Shown here piece by piece: positions 1-9,852 of a DNA stretch of 64,000 bases (position 1 is the stretch's first letter; every line of letters begins with the position of its first letter). Both the position numbers and the translations under genes were made by a program. Source of the DNA: Clostridia bacterium. Lineage in GTDB: Bacteria > Bacteroidota > Bacteroidia > Bacteroidales > 4484-276. The notes beneath the pieces were generated by a model. It was not told the origin of the DNA. It was given only the letters and a program-made list of their open reading frames with translations, and made no database searches. The stretch is taken from the NCBI GenBank assembly GCA_009928785.1, contig SABY01000001.1, positions 91,184 through 155,183 of the forward strand, given 5' to 3'.

Positions 1-70
1 CCCGGAGGAACTTTAATGAAATACCACCGCATGAAAAACAAAACTTCACCCAGCTATTCATGTACAGAAA

Positions 71-108
71 AGCTCCCGAAGGCAGATTGGCCTTCGGGAG
101 CTTTTTTT
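71..108 (+). terminator. Rho-independent terminator for a gene ending at or before the window start
   Basis: Perfect 13-bp stem agctcccgaaggc (71-83) / gccttcgggagct (90-102) with a 6-nt loop, followed by a T7 run. Confidence 0.8.
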
Positions 109-317
109 ATTCTTGATTCATGACCTATCGTACGGAAGCATGGCAAAAAGGTTGATTCTTTAGTTGTGGTAAAATTGTATTACGGTCGAAAAAGGAAATA
201 AGGGTTTGCCTTCCCAATCGAAGCCAGAAAAAATTAGTCTTTTTCCTAAACCATAGTAGAAATGATGTCCATTTATTGTCGGCAACCTTATTACCTTATT
301 TTTAACTATTGCCAGCT

Positions 318-884
318 TTATTTTTTCCGTCCTTCGATGCGCATTCGGGTCATACGTTCGCGCATACCGCCATTTTTCAAAAAATCTTCCCCAAGCGACT
401 TCAATTGTTTAAAGAGCAAATAGTCGTTTTGTTTGATCAGGCAAATGGCCATGTTGGCAATGGTTTCGGGCGGACGAACTTTTACCATGGGCATATAAAA
501 AGCGGTGTCGTTATGTTTGCGACCAAGCTCACGCATCTTTTCCAACTCCACCGAACCATCTTCCCATTGGCGGTGATTTCGGGTTCGCAAATAATCTTCG
601 TAATCAATTAGCAGCTCCTGCGAACTTGCCTTAGCCACATTTACCAGTTTTATCTCCATCTCTTTTGAGGTGGATGAGGCAGCGGAGCCTTCGGCAATAT
701 TTTGCTTACCCGAGCGGGCTGCCTGTATCATTTGGTCGATGGTTCGGTCGCCCCGGTTTAAATATTTTTTGCAAAAATAAAAGGTGATATCGTAAATGGC
801 TTCCGCCTTTTGGAAAGTAAACAACTTGCGGTAGTTGCCACCAATTGGCAGCAACGATTCTCCATCACCCGGGTTTTTGCTCAT
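318..884 (-). CDS. Four-helix-bundle protein (23S rRNA intervening-sequence protein family) with a C-terminal suffix domain
   Basis: 188 aa. Contains the family signature region QMIQAARSGKQNIAEGSAASSTSKEMEIKLVNVAKASSQEL. The helical C-terminal extension resembles the four-helix-bundle suffix domain. Confidence 0.7.
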   Translation of the reverse strand: MSKNPGDGESLLPIGGNYRKLFTFQKAEAIYDITFYFCKKYLNRGDRTIDQMIQAARSGKQNIAEGSAASSTSKEMEIKLVNVAKASSQELLIDYEDYLRTRNHRQWEDGSVELEKMRELGRKHNDTAFYMPMVKVRPPETIANMAICLIKQNDYLLFKQLKSLGEDFLKNGGMRERMTRMRIEGRKK

Positions 885-1040
885 GGCTTACATGTATTTA
901 GCCAGCAGTGTATGCTGGTATTTTTTTACAAAGTTAATCGTTTTTCACAAAAAGTTACTCAGCAGTGCAGTCTGGGCTTTAGCAGCTTCCTTACCAGACA
1001 AAAGTACCCACCCCAGCCAACTGACTAAAAAGAAACTTCT

Positions 1041-1292
1041 TTAAAAACAATCTTTGCTGAAAGTAAACAAAGCAGGCCAGTAAATACCAGTGCCTGCAAC
1101 TTGTTTCACGATTTGCAGGTTTTCAAATTCTAAAAACAGATTTTCGACATCCACCTCGCACGAACGCAGCACCGGCAGAATATTCCAGCCCTGGAACTTT
1201 TTATCGGTTTCCTGAAAAAGCTGCCAGACCTGATTAAAATTAAGCGGCGGGCTGTAAGTTGCCAGCGGTTCGTTTACGCTATCGTTTTCCAT
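1041..1292 (-). CDS. Hypothetical small protein (start placed at the internal MENDSV)
   Basis: Open frame only; no recognisable motif. The upstream part of the 109-aa ORF looks non-coding. Confidence 0.3.
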   Translation of the reverse strand: MENDSVNEPLATYSPPLNFNQVWQLFQETDKKFQGWNILPVLRSCEVDVENLFLEFENLQIVKQVAGTGIYWPALFTFSKDCF

Positions 1293-1442
1293 TTTTCGAT
1301 GAATTGGTGGGTACAAAGATATAACAAAAGATTCGCTGGTTTGCTTTGCGAACCATACGTAAGTCATCACATATTCTCGAAATATCCGGGGCTGATTTGA
1401 TAGAGGAAGAGCGGATTTTTTAATTCCGAAATTCTTTGTACT

Positions 1443-1781
1443 TTATAAGCTAAAGAACAAGCCTACATTAACGCCTACCGACCACGGATAAAGTTGCATG
1501 GGATCGCCATTAATCGCCGTAAGCGAACGGCGATACACTGGTTCAATTCTGACGGATAATCGGTTTGTCACCACATAGTCGGCTCCGATACCGGCCAGCA
1601 TTATAAGATTTACAGACTTTGCATCAATCGGGTTTTCTGTTTGTTGTTTTTTACTTTCTCCATTATCATACTTTATTTCAAAAATATGTTTATTGTCCAG
1701 AAAAATAGATGGCGAAAGTCCAAGGGAAGCAAACAGTTGAAGTTTCTGTTTGGTGATAAAAAATTTAGCTGTGACGGCCAA
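1443..1781 (-). pseudogene. Outer-membrane beta-barrel protein, C-terminal fragment lacking a signal peptide
   Basis: Alternating-hydrophobic beta-strand pattern and a terminal ...VGVNVGLFFSL as in OMP beta-barrel families. The frame opens with TTG just after a stop. The upstream 1782-1860 contains only short broken frames. Confidence 0.35.
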
Positions 1782-1906
1782 TCAAATCAGATTATTTTTC
1801 TCAATCCATTGCGCTTCTCCTACAAACATTTGCCGGCGCGGCGGGTTTATCCATGATCGTAATTTACGAAACTAATTATTACCAACAACTTTAACCAGAC
1901 ATATCA

Positions 1907-3259
1907 ATGTCCGCACGGCTCGACTTTATCCAGGCACCTATTCCGCTGCTTATCCGGCAGTTGGCCATTCCTACAAGCGTAGGTTTCTTTTTTAATACCA
2001 TGTTTAATGTGGTGGATACCTGGTATGCCGGCATGATCTCCACGCTGGCACAGGCGGGTTTGGCCATATCGTTTCCGGTATTTTTTATCATCCTCTCGGT
2101 GGGCATGGGCATTGGCACCGGCACCACCGCTTTGATAGCCAATGCACTTGGCCGGCGCAATGTACGGGAGGCACGCATGTATGCCCGCCAGGCGCTCACC
2201 TTTGGCTTTTTAATTTCGCTGGTACTTAGCCTGGTTGGTTATCTGGTGGTGCCTTATCTTTTCAGGTTTATGAATGCGAGCGGCGAATACCTGCAACTGG
2301 CCCTCGACTATATGAATGTAATCTTGCTTTCGACGGTCACCTTTTTGCTCAACGGCATTCTCAACGGCATACTCTCGTCGCGAGGCGATGCCCGCTCATA
2401 CCGTAACATACTGGTGGCCGGCAGCATCGTGAATGTGGGGCTTGACCCGCTGCTGATGTTTGGCTGGGGGCCAATTCCGGCTATGGGCATGCAGGGCATT
2501 GCGCTTGCTACCGTAATCGTACAAGCTGCCGGACTGGTATATATGGGCTACCGTGTAAGACGTACAGAGCTTTTTATTCGCATCCGTCCGCTGTACTTCC
2601 TGCCACGAAAAGAGTATTTCAAAGAAATTGCGCAACAGGGTTTCCCCGCCAGCCTCAACATGATGACCATCGCCATCGGAATATTCATCATCACCTGGTT
2701 TATCAGCGGCTATGGCAACGATGGCGTGGCGGCATACGGCATCGCTACGCGCATCGAGCAAATAGCTTTGCTGCCTACCATTGGTCTCAACATTGCCGTG
2801 CTGGCTATCGTTGGTCAGAATTTTGGTGCCGGCCATCCCGAACGTATCAAAGAGGCTTATCGCAAAAGCCTCAAATATGGCGTCATCATTATGAGTGTGG
2901 GAATGATTTGGGTGTTTTTGCTTAGCGATCTGCTCATGCAGCTTTTCACCGACGACGCTCCAGTTGTGGGCATTGGCGCAACTTATCTTAAAATAGCAGT
3001 GCTTATTTTTAATAGCTATGTGCTGCTCAACATTTCGGTGGCCGTGCTGCAAGGGATGAAAAAGCCCATGTTTGCCGTCTGGATTGGATTGTTCAGGCAG
3101 GTACTGATGCCGGTTATACTTTTTGGAATATTTACCTGGATGCTTCAGTTTCAACTCACCGCCATCTGGTGGGGCTTGGTTGTCATCAACTGGTCGGCGG
3201 CGCTTATCTCGGTAGCTTTTACATCCAAAAAACTGCGTAGGCTCCCCGCTTCATCCTAA
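1907..3259 (+). CDS. MATE family efflux transporter
   Basis: 450 aa with about 12 TM segments. The N-terminus (IPLLIRQLAIPTSVGFFFNTMFNVVDTWYAG) is typical of MatE domains, and the architecture is duplicated. Confidence 0.9.
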   Translation: MSARLDFIQAPIPLLIRQLAIPTSVGFFFNTMFNVVDTWYAGMISTLAQAGLAISFPVFFIILSVGMGIGTGTTALIANALGRRNVREARMYARQALTFGFLISLVLSLVGYLVVPYLFRFMNASGEYLQLALDYMNVILLSTVTFLLNGILNGILSSRGDARSYRNILVAGSIVNVGLDPLLMFGWGPIPAMGMQGIALATVIVQAAGLVYMGYRVRRTELFIRIRPLYFLPRKEYFKEIAQQGFPASLNMMTIAIGIFIITWFISGYGNDGVAAYGIATRIEQIALLPTIGLNIAVLAIVGQNFGAGHPERIKEAYRKSLKYGVIIMSVGMIWVFLLSDLLMQLFTDDAPVVGIGATYLKIAVLIFNSYVLLNISVAVLQGMKKPMFAVWIGLFRQVLMPVILFGIFTWMLQFQLTAIWWGLVVINWSAALISVAFTSKKLRRLPASS

Positions 3260-3349
3260 TGCGGCTGAACTTTATAATGCTGTTGATGTTAATGGATTAT
3301 CGATATGAAACCTTACTAATCAATAGTTTTAAAAAAAAAGCGAAACAGC

Positions 3350-4306
3350 ATGAAAACTTTGGTATTCAAAAACAACGACACTATGCCGGTGGTGGGTCTG
3401 GGCACCTGGAAGTCGGAGCCGGGTGATGTATATCAGGCAGTAATAGATGCGGTAGAAGCTGGCTACCGCCACATCGACTGCGCACCCATTTATGGTAATG
3501 AACGCGAAATTGGACTGGCGCTCGATCATATTTTCAGCGCAGGAATCGTGCACCGCCACGAGCTTTTTATCACCTCCAAGCTATGGAACAACGCGCATCG
3601 CGCCGATCAGGTATTGCCTGCCTTAAAATCCACACTTGCCGACTTGCAACTCGACTATCTCGATCTTTATCTTGTCCATTGGCCGGTGGCGCTCCGAAAT
3701 GGTGTGGTTTTTCCCGATAAGGGCGAAGATATTTTATCCCCTGACGAGCTGCCGCTTAGCGAAACCTGGCTCGGTATGGAACAAGCGCAAAAACACGGAC
3801 TGGCGCGCCACATTGGTGTTTCAAATTTCAGCATCGAAAAGATTAAAAAAGTCATCAACAAAGCCACAATAAAACCCGAACTCAACCAGATAGAGTTGCA
3901 TCCTTATCTGCAGCAGGAGAAGATGCTCAACTGGTGCCGCGAAAATGATATTTTACTTACAGCGTATGCCCCGCTGGGCTCCCGCGACAGGCATCCTTCG
4001 ATGAAAGGCGACAACGAACCCAGCCTGCTCGAAAATCCGGTAATAAAAAATATTGCCGACAGCCAGGGTATGACAACGGCGCAAGTGCTCATCAATTGGG
4101 CGGTGGCACGGGGCACTATTGTCATTCCCAAGTCGGTGCATAAGGACAGGATTATCGAAAACTTTAAAGCCCTCGACTTTGAACTCTCCGCCGACGAGAT
4201 GGAAAAAATAGCACAACTCGACCGACACTTTCGCTACGTCAACGGCAGCTTTTGGGCTTTGGAGGGATCACCCTATTCCATCCAAAGTCTTTGGGACGAG
4301 AAGTAG
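3350..4306 (+). CDS. Aldo/keto reductase (NADPH-dependent, AKR family)
   Basis: 318 aa with MPVVGLGTWKS, DCAPIYGNE, LVHWP and IPKS motifs. Confidence 0.9.
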   Translation: MKTLVFKNNDTMPVVGLGTWKSEPGDVYQAVIDAVEAGYRHIDCAPIYGNEREIGLALDHIFSAGIVHRHELFITSKLWNNAHRADQVLPALKSTLADLQLDYLDLYLVHWPVALRNGVVFPDKGEDILSPDELPLSETWLGMEQAQKHGLARHIGVSNFSIEKIKKVINKATIKPELNQIELHPYLQQEKMLNWCRENDILLTAYAPLGSRDRHPSMKGDNEPSLLENPVIKNIADSQGMTTAQVLINWAVARGTIVIPKSVHKDRIIENFKALDFELSADEMEKIAQLDRHFRYVNGSFWALEGSPYSIQSLWDEK

Positions 4307-4446
4307 TTCTCAGTAGGCAGCCAACAGTCCACGGTCGGAAGTTCTAAACCAGTCAATCGATTCATATCGCCCTGCGACGCTCTCATCCGTAGCCAGCACC
4401 CTGCATTACAAAATGTTGCGATTGCATTGGCAACTCGCCCAATTGC

Positions 4447-4454
4447 TATATTTG
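4447..4454 (+). promoter_or_regulatory. Bacteroidota -7 promoter box (TAnnTTTG)
   Basis: tatatttg is an exact consensus match 46 nt upstream of the ATG at 4500. It lies inside the longer ORF-track frame, which argues for the 4500 start. Confidence 0.5.
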
Positions 4455-4499
4455 CCCGGTACCGAATATTGGAACGTTTCACCAGCAACGGATTTGAAT

Positions 4500-5618
4500 A
4501 TGATTAGTGAAGTTTTTCAGAAAGGCACCGAACACCTTTTCGACACGTCCATCCTACAACAAACGGCCTATTGGTCGGATGTAAAAAAGAATTTGGGTTA
4601 CCAAACCCTGGCACTTGATTACAAGCTGCCGCAAAGCGAGCTTGATGAAGAGGCCAAAGCATCGGCCAAAATACTCTCCGATTTATTGGTAATTCTCCAG
4701 CCCATCGACAGCACCCGCACGTATGCTTACGTACCTTATGGCCCTGAGCTGGAGCCGCTGGCCGAAAACCAGGGCGCTTTTCTCGAAGAACTTTCGGAGA
4801 GTTTGCGGCCTTTTTTGCCCGCTTCGTGCATTATGATTCGCTACGACCTGCTGTGGGAATCGCCGTGGGCTACCGAAGAATCATTTTTCGATGACAATGG
4901 AAGTTGGCTGGGTCCTCCCGACAGCCGCATCCAGGAGATGCGCCTCAACTACAACACTGTAAAATGGAATTTGCGAAAAGCGCCTTCCAATATCCTGCCC
5001 AGCAACACCATTTTTCTTGATCTCAAAAAAGAACCTGACAGTTTGCTTGGCGCAATGAAACCAAAGACGCGCTATAATATCCGGCTCGCCGAACGAAAAG
5101 GTGTGCAGGTGCGCCAGACAGGCATCGATGAAATTGATATTTGGAACAAACTCTACCTGGAGACTACAAACCGTAACGGTATTTTCCTCAACGACATCGA
5201 CTATTTCAAAACGGTGCTGGCCACCACCCCCGACAACGAATTGGTGAAGGTGAAACTGTTGATAGCCGAATATGACGAACTGCCATTGGCCGCAATGTTT
5301 CTGGTGATGGCTCATCGACGTTGCTATTATTTATACGGCGCCTCCTCATCCGTTTACCGCAACATGATGCCAACCTACGCCCTGCAATGGTTTGCCATAA
5401 AAACAGCCCGGGAATACGGATGCGTGGAGTACGATATGTTTGGCGTATCGCCTGGTGCTGACCCAAACCATCCCATGAGTGGTCTTTATAAGTTTAAAAC
5501 CGGATTTGGCGGAGATATTTTTCATTCGCTCGGATGCTGGGATTACCCGCTGCTTGCTGATGAGTACTTGCAGCATACCGCACACGAGATGAATCGCCAG
5601 GGTTATCATCTCAGTTGA
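4500..5618 (+). CDS. FemAB-family peptidoglycan bridge-formation aminoacyltransferase
   Basis: The N-terminus FDTSILQQTAYWSDVKKNLGYQ and central KPKTRYNIRLAERKGVQV are typical of FemAB/FemX-like proteins. The start is chosen downstream of the -7 box; the ORF track extends to 4413. Confidence 0.7.
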   Translation: MISEVFQKGTEHLFDTSILQQTAYWSDVKKNLGYQTLALDYKLPQSELDEEAKASAKILSDLLVILQPIDSTRTYAYVPYGPELEPLAENQGAFLEELSESLRPFLPASCIMIRYDLLWESPWATEESFFDDNGSWLGPPDSRIQEMRLNYNTVKWNLRKAPSNILPSNTIFLDLKKEPDSLLGAMKPKTRYNIRLAERKGVQVRQTGIDEIDIWNKLYLETTNRNGIFLNDIDYFKTVLATTPDNELVKVKLLIAEYDELPLAAMFLVMAHRRCYYLYGASSSVYRNMMPTYALQWFAIKTAREYGCVEYDMFGVSPGADPNHPMSGLYKFKTGFGGDIFHSLGCWDYPLLADEYLQHTAHEMNRQGYHLS

Positions 5619-5708
5619 TAATTTACAAATCGTAAATCACAGAGTGTCATATCACATTTTCGGTAAGAAATAATTTGAAATAAAAAAGTGTTGGTATTCA
5701 TTTAAAAT

Positions 5709-5716
5709 ATACTTTT
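5709..5716 (+). promoter_or_regulatory. Bacteroidota -7 promoter box for the cold-shock gene
   Basis: tacttttg matches TAnnTTTG 52 nt upstream of the ATG at 5768. The leader is a G-free AUUACA-rich tract. Confidence 0.5.
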
Positions 5717-5767
5717 GCCGTTTTTAAATTAAATTATTACAATTACCATTACATTACAATTATTACA

Positions 5768-5959
5768 ATGAGAAAAGGAACAGTAAAATTTTTCAATGAA
5801 TCCAAAGGTTTTGGATTTATTATCGACGAAGACTCGAAAAAAGAATACTTTGTACACGCTACCGGCCTGGTTGACGAAATTCAAGAAGGCGACGCTGTAG
5901 AGTTTGACGTTACAGAAGGTAAAAAAGGATTGAACGCAATCAACGTGAAAGTTGCGTAA
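5768..5959 (+). CDS. Cold-shock protein (CspA family, CSD)
   Basis: 63 aa: GTVKFFNESKGFGFI (RNP1) and FVHATGL (RNP2). Confidence 0.95.
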   Translation: MRKGTVKFFNESKGFGFIIDEDSKKEYFVHATGLVDEIQEGDAVEFDVTEGKKGLNAINVKVA

Positions 5960-5982
5960 TCGTCTTTCTTAATACTTTAAGT

Positions 5983-6019
5983 AAAAAAAAGCCTGCTTCA
6001 TTTGGAGCGGGCTTTTTTT
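5983..6019. terminator. Bidirectional intrinsic terminator between convergent csp and rluD
   Basis: A8 run, then stem gcctgct / agcgggc (one G-U pair), then a T7 run. Confidence 0.65.
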
Positions 6020-6045
6020 ATGCATTGAATTAAACAAACAATTTC

Positions 6046-7086
6046 TCAGGCGTCCCCTTCGCCCATGTGCTTTGCGTATTGACGCCACTTGTCGATGGCT
6101 TGTTGCATGTCGGCGGGCAAATCGGATTGGAAGTTCATCATGCGGTGAGTAGTAGGATGCAAAAATCCAAGAGAGCGGGCGTGCAGCGCCTGACGTGGCA
6201 GAAGTTGGCGACAGTTTTCGACAAACTGCTTGTACTTGGTGAAGGTGGTTCCTTTCAGGATTTTGTCGCCGCCATAGCGTTCGTCGTTGAAGAGCGGGTG
6301 GCCGATGTATTTCATGTGCGCTCTTATCTGGTGTGTGCGGCCTGTTTCCAGACGGCAGCTCAGCAAGGTGACGTAGCCAAAGCGCTCCTTCACCTGATAA
6401 TGCGTTATGGCCGGCTTGCCCTGGCTATCGTCGGCAAAAACAAACATCTGCAGGCGGTTGTCGGGGTTGCGCCCAATGTTGCCCTCGATGGTTCCTTCGG
6501 TTTCTTCAAAATCGCCCCACACCAGAGCAGTGTATTCGCGGTGGATGGCGTGATCGAAAAATTGCTTTCCCAGGATTGTTTGCGCCAGCTCGTTTTTTCC
6601 CACCAGCAGCAGCCCCGAAGTATCTTTGTCGATGCGATGCACCAGCGCTGGAATTATCTCCGGCTGATCTTTAAAATAATATGCCAGCGCATTGAGCAGT
6701 GTGCCGGTATAGTTGCCGTGGCCGGGATGAACCACCATGCCCGCAACTTTATTTACCACCAGTACATCGGCGTCTTCATACACTATTTCTATTGGTATGT
6801 TTTCGGCGATAAGCTCAAAATCCTGCACCGGCTGCGGCAACACGATGCTGATAACATCGTTAGGTCGAACTTTATAATTGGGCTTTTGTGGCTGGTCGTT
6901 CACCAGGATGTTGCCGGCTTTGGCTGCATTCTGGATTTTGTTGCGTGAGATGCTTTCCATGCGGTTAAACAGGAATTTGTCAAGCCGCATGGCACCTTGT
7001 CCCGGATCGGAAACAATGCGATAATGTTCAAAAAGCTCTTCCTGATCTTCCTGGTCATTGCTGGAGGCGGGGATATTTTCACGCAT
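6046..7086 (-). CDS. rluD: RluA-family 23S rRNA pseudouridine synthase (RluD-like) with an N-terminal S4 domain
   Basis: 346 aa. Contains an S4-like RLDKFL...SRNKIQNAAKAGNILVN, the catalytic HRIDKDTSGLLLV, and GRTHQIRAHM. Confidence 0.85.
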   Translation of the reverse strand: MRENIPASSNDQEDQEELFEHYRIVSDPGQGAMRLDKFLFNRMESISRNKIQNAAKAGNILVNDQPQKPNYKVRPNDVISIVLPQPVQDFELIAENIPIEIVYEDADVLVVNKVAGMVVHPGHGNYTGTLLNALAYYFKDQPEIIPALVHRIDKDTSGLLLVGKNELAQTILGKQFFDHAIHREYTALVWGDFEETEGTIEGNIGRNPDNRLQMFVFADDSQGKPAITHYQVKERFGYVTLLSCRLETGRTHQIRAHMKYIGHPLFNDERYGGDKILKGTTFTKYKQFVENCRQLLPRQALHARSLGFLHPTTHRMMNFQSDLPADMQQAIDKWRQYAKHMGEGDA

Positions 7087-7220
7087 AATTATCGGGTGTC
7101 TGTAAGTATTTTTGGTGGTAATGAAGTAATAAAAAGTCTAATGAAACATTCTTTGCGTAATCTGGTTTCGCCGGAATTGGCGTTTTGTACGTAATCTGGT
7201 TTCGCCGCGATTGATGTACT

Positions 7221-7696
7221 AATGATTACCAACGATAACCAATTACCATCAATTACAACAAATTACAACAAATTACAACAAATTACAACCAATTACCATC
7301 AATTACAACAAATTACAACAAATTACCACCAATTACCATCAATTACCACCAATTACAACAAATTACCATCAATTACCATCAATTACCATCAATTACAACA
7401 AATTACCACCAATTACTACCAATTACCACCAATTACAACAAATTACCACCAATCACCACCAATTACTACCAATTACAACAAATTACCATCAATTACAACA
7501 AATTACCATCAATTACCACCAATTACTACCAATTACCATCAATTACAACAAATTACAACAAATTACAACCAATTACCATCAATTACAACCAATTGCCATC
7601 AATTACAACCAATTGCCATCAATTACAACAAATTACCACCAATTACAACAAATTACCACCAATTACCACCAATTACAACAAATTACCACCAATTAC
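7221..7696. repeat. About 47 tandem copies of a degenerate 10-bp unit AATTAC[CA]A[CT][CA]
   Basis: Exact 10-bp register from 7221 to 7696. Main variants are aattacaaca, aattaccatc, aattaccacc and aattactacc. There is no G on the + strand between 7241 and 7590. Confidence 0.95.
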
Positions 7697-9852
7697 TTGA
7701 GTATCCGCAATTTTTCCGACATGTCGCGTCCTTTTACCGGATCGATAAGCCGCACAATGTAAATACCGTTATGCAGATAGGAGAGGTCGATAGATGGTTG
7801 ATACTCGGCTTCGTAAACGCGCTGCCCCATGAGGTTATATACCACCACTCTCATTTGTGCAAGCTCCTCCGGCTGTGGCAAAACAAATCCTGGCTCGTTG
7901 GTGTAGCCGGGATAATTCAGAAATTTGATTCTGATATGTCCGTCGTAGCTGGGATTGGGGGCTATGCGAAAAAGGTCGATGGGTGTCGATTTGGTGTCAG
8001 CCTGATTTGTGGGTGGTTTGCCCAAAACGGGACGTATCATCAGCGCACCCTTATAGCTGGAGCGATTCCAGATGCCGGTAGTATTGTAAAAAATATGGTG
8101 GCTTACGTCGTTGGTTGCATCCAAGCCCACGTTGAGATTGTGCGGTGTGTCCTGTATCCATCCCACATAGATGGTTCCCTGCACCGGTAGTGCTTCGTCA
8201 AGCGGCACGCGGTAAAACTGATACAAACTATCGGGAAATTGTGGCTTACGACGCCCTTTGGTGTAAATGATGTCGCCGGGTTGCCCGTTCAGGTCGTTCC
8301 ATATTGTAAGCGTAAAATATTGATGGTTGGCACCGGTGAGGGTTTTATTAAAATAAAAGTCGATAGCACGCAGGGTGTCTCGGCGGTTGAGCGTAAACTG
8401 GTAAGCCAGTTGCGCTCCGGCAGGTGTAAGGCCATAGCCAAATTCGGCAGTACCATCGTCGTAGGCATAATAATTATAAAACTGCTGACGGAAACTCATG
8501 GTATCGCCCAGCCCCAGTTCCGGGTCGCCTTGCAGGTAGTGCTTTATGTCGAAATAGATGCTGTCGCGATTGCCGAAAGGCGGATAAACACCGTTAACCG
8601 GCGGGTAGGCAAAGTTGACGTAGTCAGAAAAACCACTCACATTATAAGGTTCCAGGTCGCCGCTCCCGGCATCGTAGTCGAACTCGATCTGTCCCAGATC
8701 ATTAAAAACCTCGTAGGTATATTGCACTGTCTGGTTTCCGTTGTCGAGGTTGCTGATGTACATCTCAAAAATGCCTTCCAGTGCCCCCACAGGATCGTCG
8801 CTGTATTGATAAAAAGGCATGCTACGAAACTCTTTGAGGAAAGAGGGCGCCCGCTGCGAAAAAGTTACATCTTGGTGCGTGCTGTCCAGGCGACTGCGAT
8901 TGCGATCCAGCACAATATAATCCACGTTCCAGTAGTCGCAGTTGCTCTGCCAGCTCTGTAGATTGTCGCTGGCTATGCTGGCATAATTCATAAAACGCAA
9001 CTGGAAGTCGCTTCTAAACCAGATTGAATCGGTGATAGGGATGAATATCTGTTTGAAATACTGCGAGTCGTTGGCGGCACGAAACTCCTGCAATGTGCTG
9101 CCGGGCACTCCCCAAATGCGCTGCCAGGAAGTTTCGGGTATAAATATGGAGTCGCATGGCAGCATCACCATGTCGTCGCGATAAAGCGTATCAAGAATAC
9201 GTATTCCCCAGCTAAAGTCGCAGGGCGAAAACAATGTGTCGCCGGGGAAGATGGTATCAACCTCGTAAATGCCCACCGGAACCAAAATGGAGTCAACGCG
9301 GCTGTAAACAGCGTTGCCGGTATAATAACCAAAGTCGAGCACCAGCGAATCCTGTGACTGTGGATCGTTGCCAATGCCTTGTGGCTGAAAATAAAAACTA
9401 AGGTAAATAGAGTCGGCGGGCGAAAGCGCAGCAACTGATGGCGCGAAGATAGTATCGAGGCGGATGGGGCGGGAGATGAGCTGGTCGGCTTTGAATTGCA
9501 ATGGATTGGCATCGCCATAAATATTGCCTCTACTGTCGATAGCATCAAAAGTGGCTGCGCCCCACGAAGGCGGAAACAGCGGGAAGTCGCTGTTGATAAA
9601 AACCTCGTTGTTGGTCCATCGCGCGGTGTCAGGAAAAATGCCTGCTTGCTTGAAGTCGTCAAAAAAAGGCAGGCTCACCGCTTGTGGCAATTCTAGCTTT
9701 GAAGATTTTAATAATTTTTGTTCAAAAGGCTTTTGATCCTGCAGCGGCGCCTGTTTCACAGCAGGATTAACGGATAATCCCGTCAGAATTTCCTGTGCAT
9801 GGAGATTAATCGCCAAAAGAGTTGTCAATATTGAAATAAGAAAATACTTCAT
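7693..9852 (-). CDS. Secreted protein with a T9SS C-terminal sorting domain (function unknown)
   Basis: Signal peptide MKYFLISILTTLLAINLHAQ. C-terminus ...VVVYNLMGQRVYEAEY...GIYIVRLID...KLRILK, typical of Por secretion tails. Confidence 0.8.
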   Translation of the reverse strand: MKYFLISILTTLLAINLHAQEILTGLSVNPAVKQAPLQDQKPFEQKLLKSSKLELPQAVSLPFFDDFKQAGIFPDTARWTNNEVFINSDFPLFPPSWGAATFDAIDSRGNIYGDANPLQFKADQLISRPIRLDTIFAPSVAALSPADSIYLSFYFQPQGIGNDPQSQDSLVLDFGYYTGNAVYSRVDSILVPVGIYEVDTIFPGDTLFSPCDFSWGIRILDTLYRDDMVMLPCDSIFIPETSWQRIWGVPGSTLQEFRAANDSQYFKQIFIPITDSIWFRSDFQLRFMNYASIASDNLQSWQSNCDYWNVDYIVLDRNRSRLDSTHQDVTFSQRAPSFLKEFRSMPFYQYSDDPVGALEGIFEMYISNLDNGNQTVQYTYEVFNDLGQIEFDYDAGSGDLEPYNVSGFSDYVNFAYPPVNGVYPPFGNRDSIYFDIKHYLQGDPELGLGDTMSFRQQFYNYYAYDDGTAEFGYGLTPAGAQLAYQFTLNRRDTLRAIDFYFNKTLTGANHQYFTLTIWNDLNGQPGDIIYTKGRRKPQFPDSLYQFYRVPLDEALPVQGTIYVGWIQDTPHNLNVGLDATNDVSHHIFYNTTGIWNRSSYKGALMIRPVLGKPPTNQADTKSTPIDLFRIAPNPSYDGHIRIKFLNYPGYTNEPGFVLPQPEELAQMRVVVYNLMGQRVYEAEYQPSIDLSYLHNGIYIVRLIDPVKGRDMSEKLRILK

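Noticed and set aside
4413-4499. Longer N-termini suggested by the ORF track for the FemAB-like gene (4413), ddl (10891), ygfK (30078, TTG), ruvA (22709), the hybrid kinase (63950) and the secreted protein (24705)
   Set aside because: Exact TAnnTTTG promoter boxes fall inside the 4413, 10891 and 30078 extensions. In the other cases the internal Met restores a canonical family N-terminus or signal peptide. The exact starts remain uncertain by a few codons.
7221-7696. Possibility that any of the tandem arrays (7221, 11941, 22741, 49360, 58300) is a CRISPR array
   Set aside because: The units are contiguous with no unique spacers, periods are 7-22 bp or 148 bp, and no cas genes are present in the window.
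7222-8190. 322-aa + strand ORF translating the decamer array as ITTNYNKLQQITTNYHQL...
   Set aside because: It is a pure translation of a 10-bp tandem repeat, then runs antisense through the 3' end of the T9SS-tail gene. There are no start context and no protein-like complexity.
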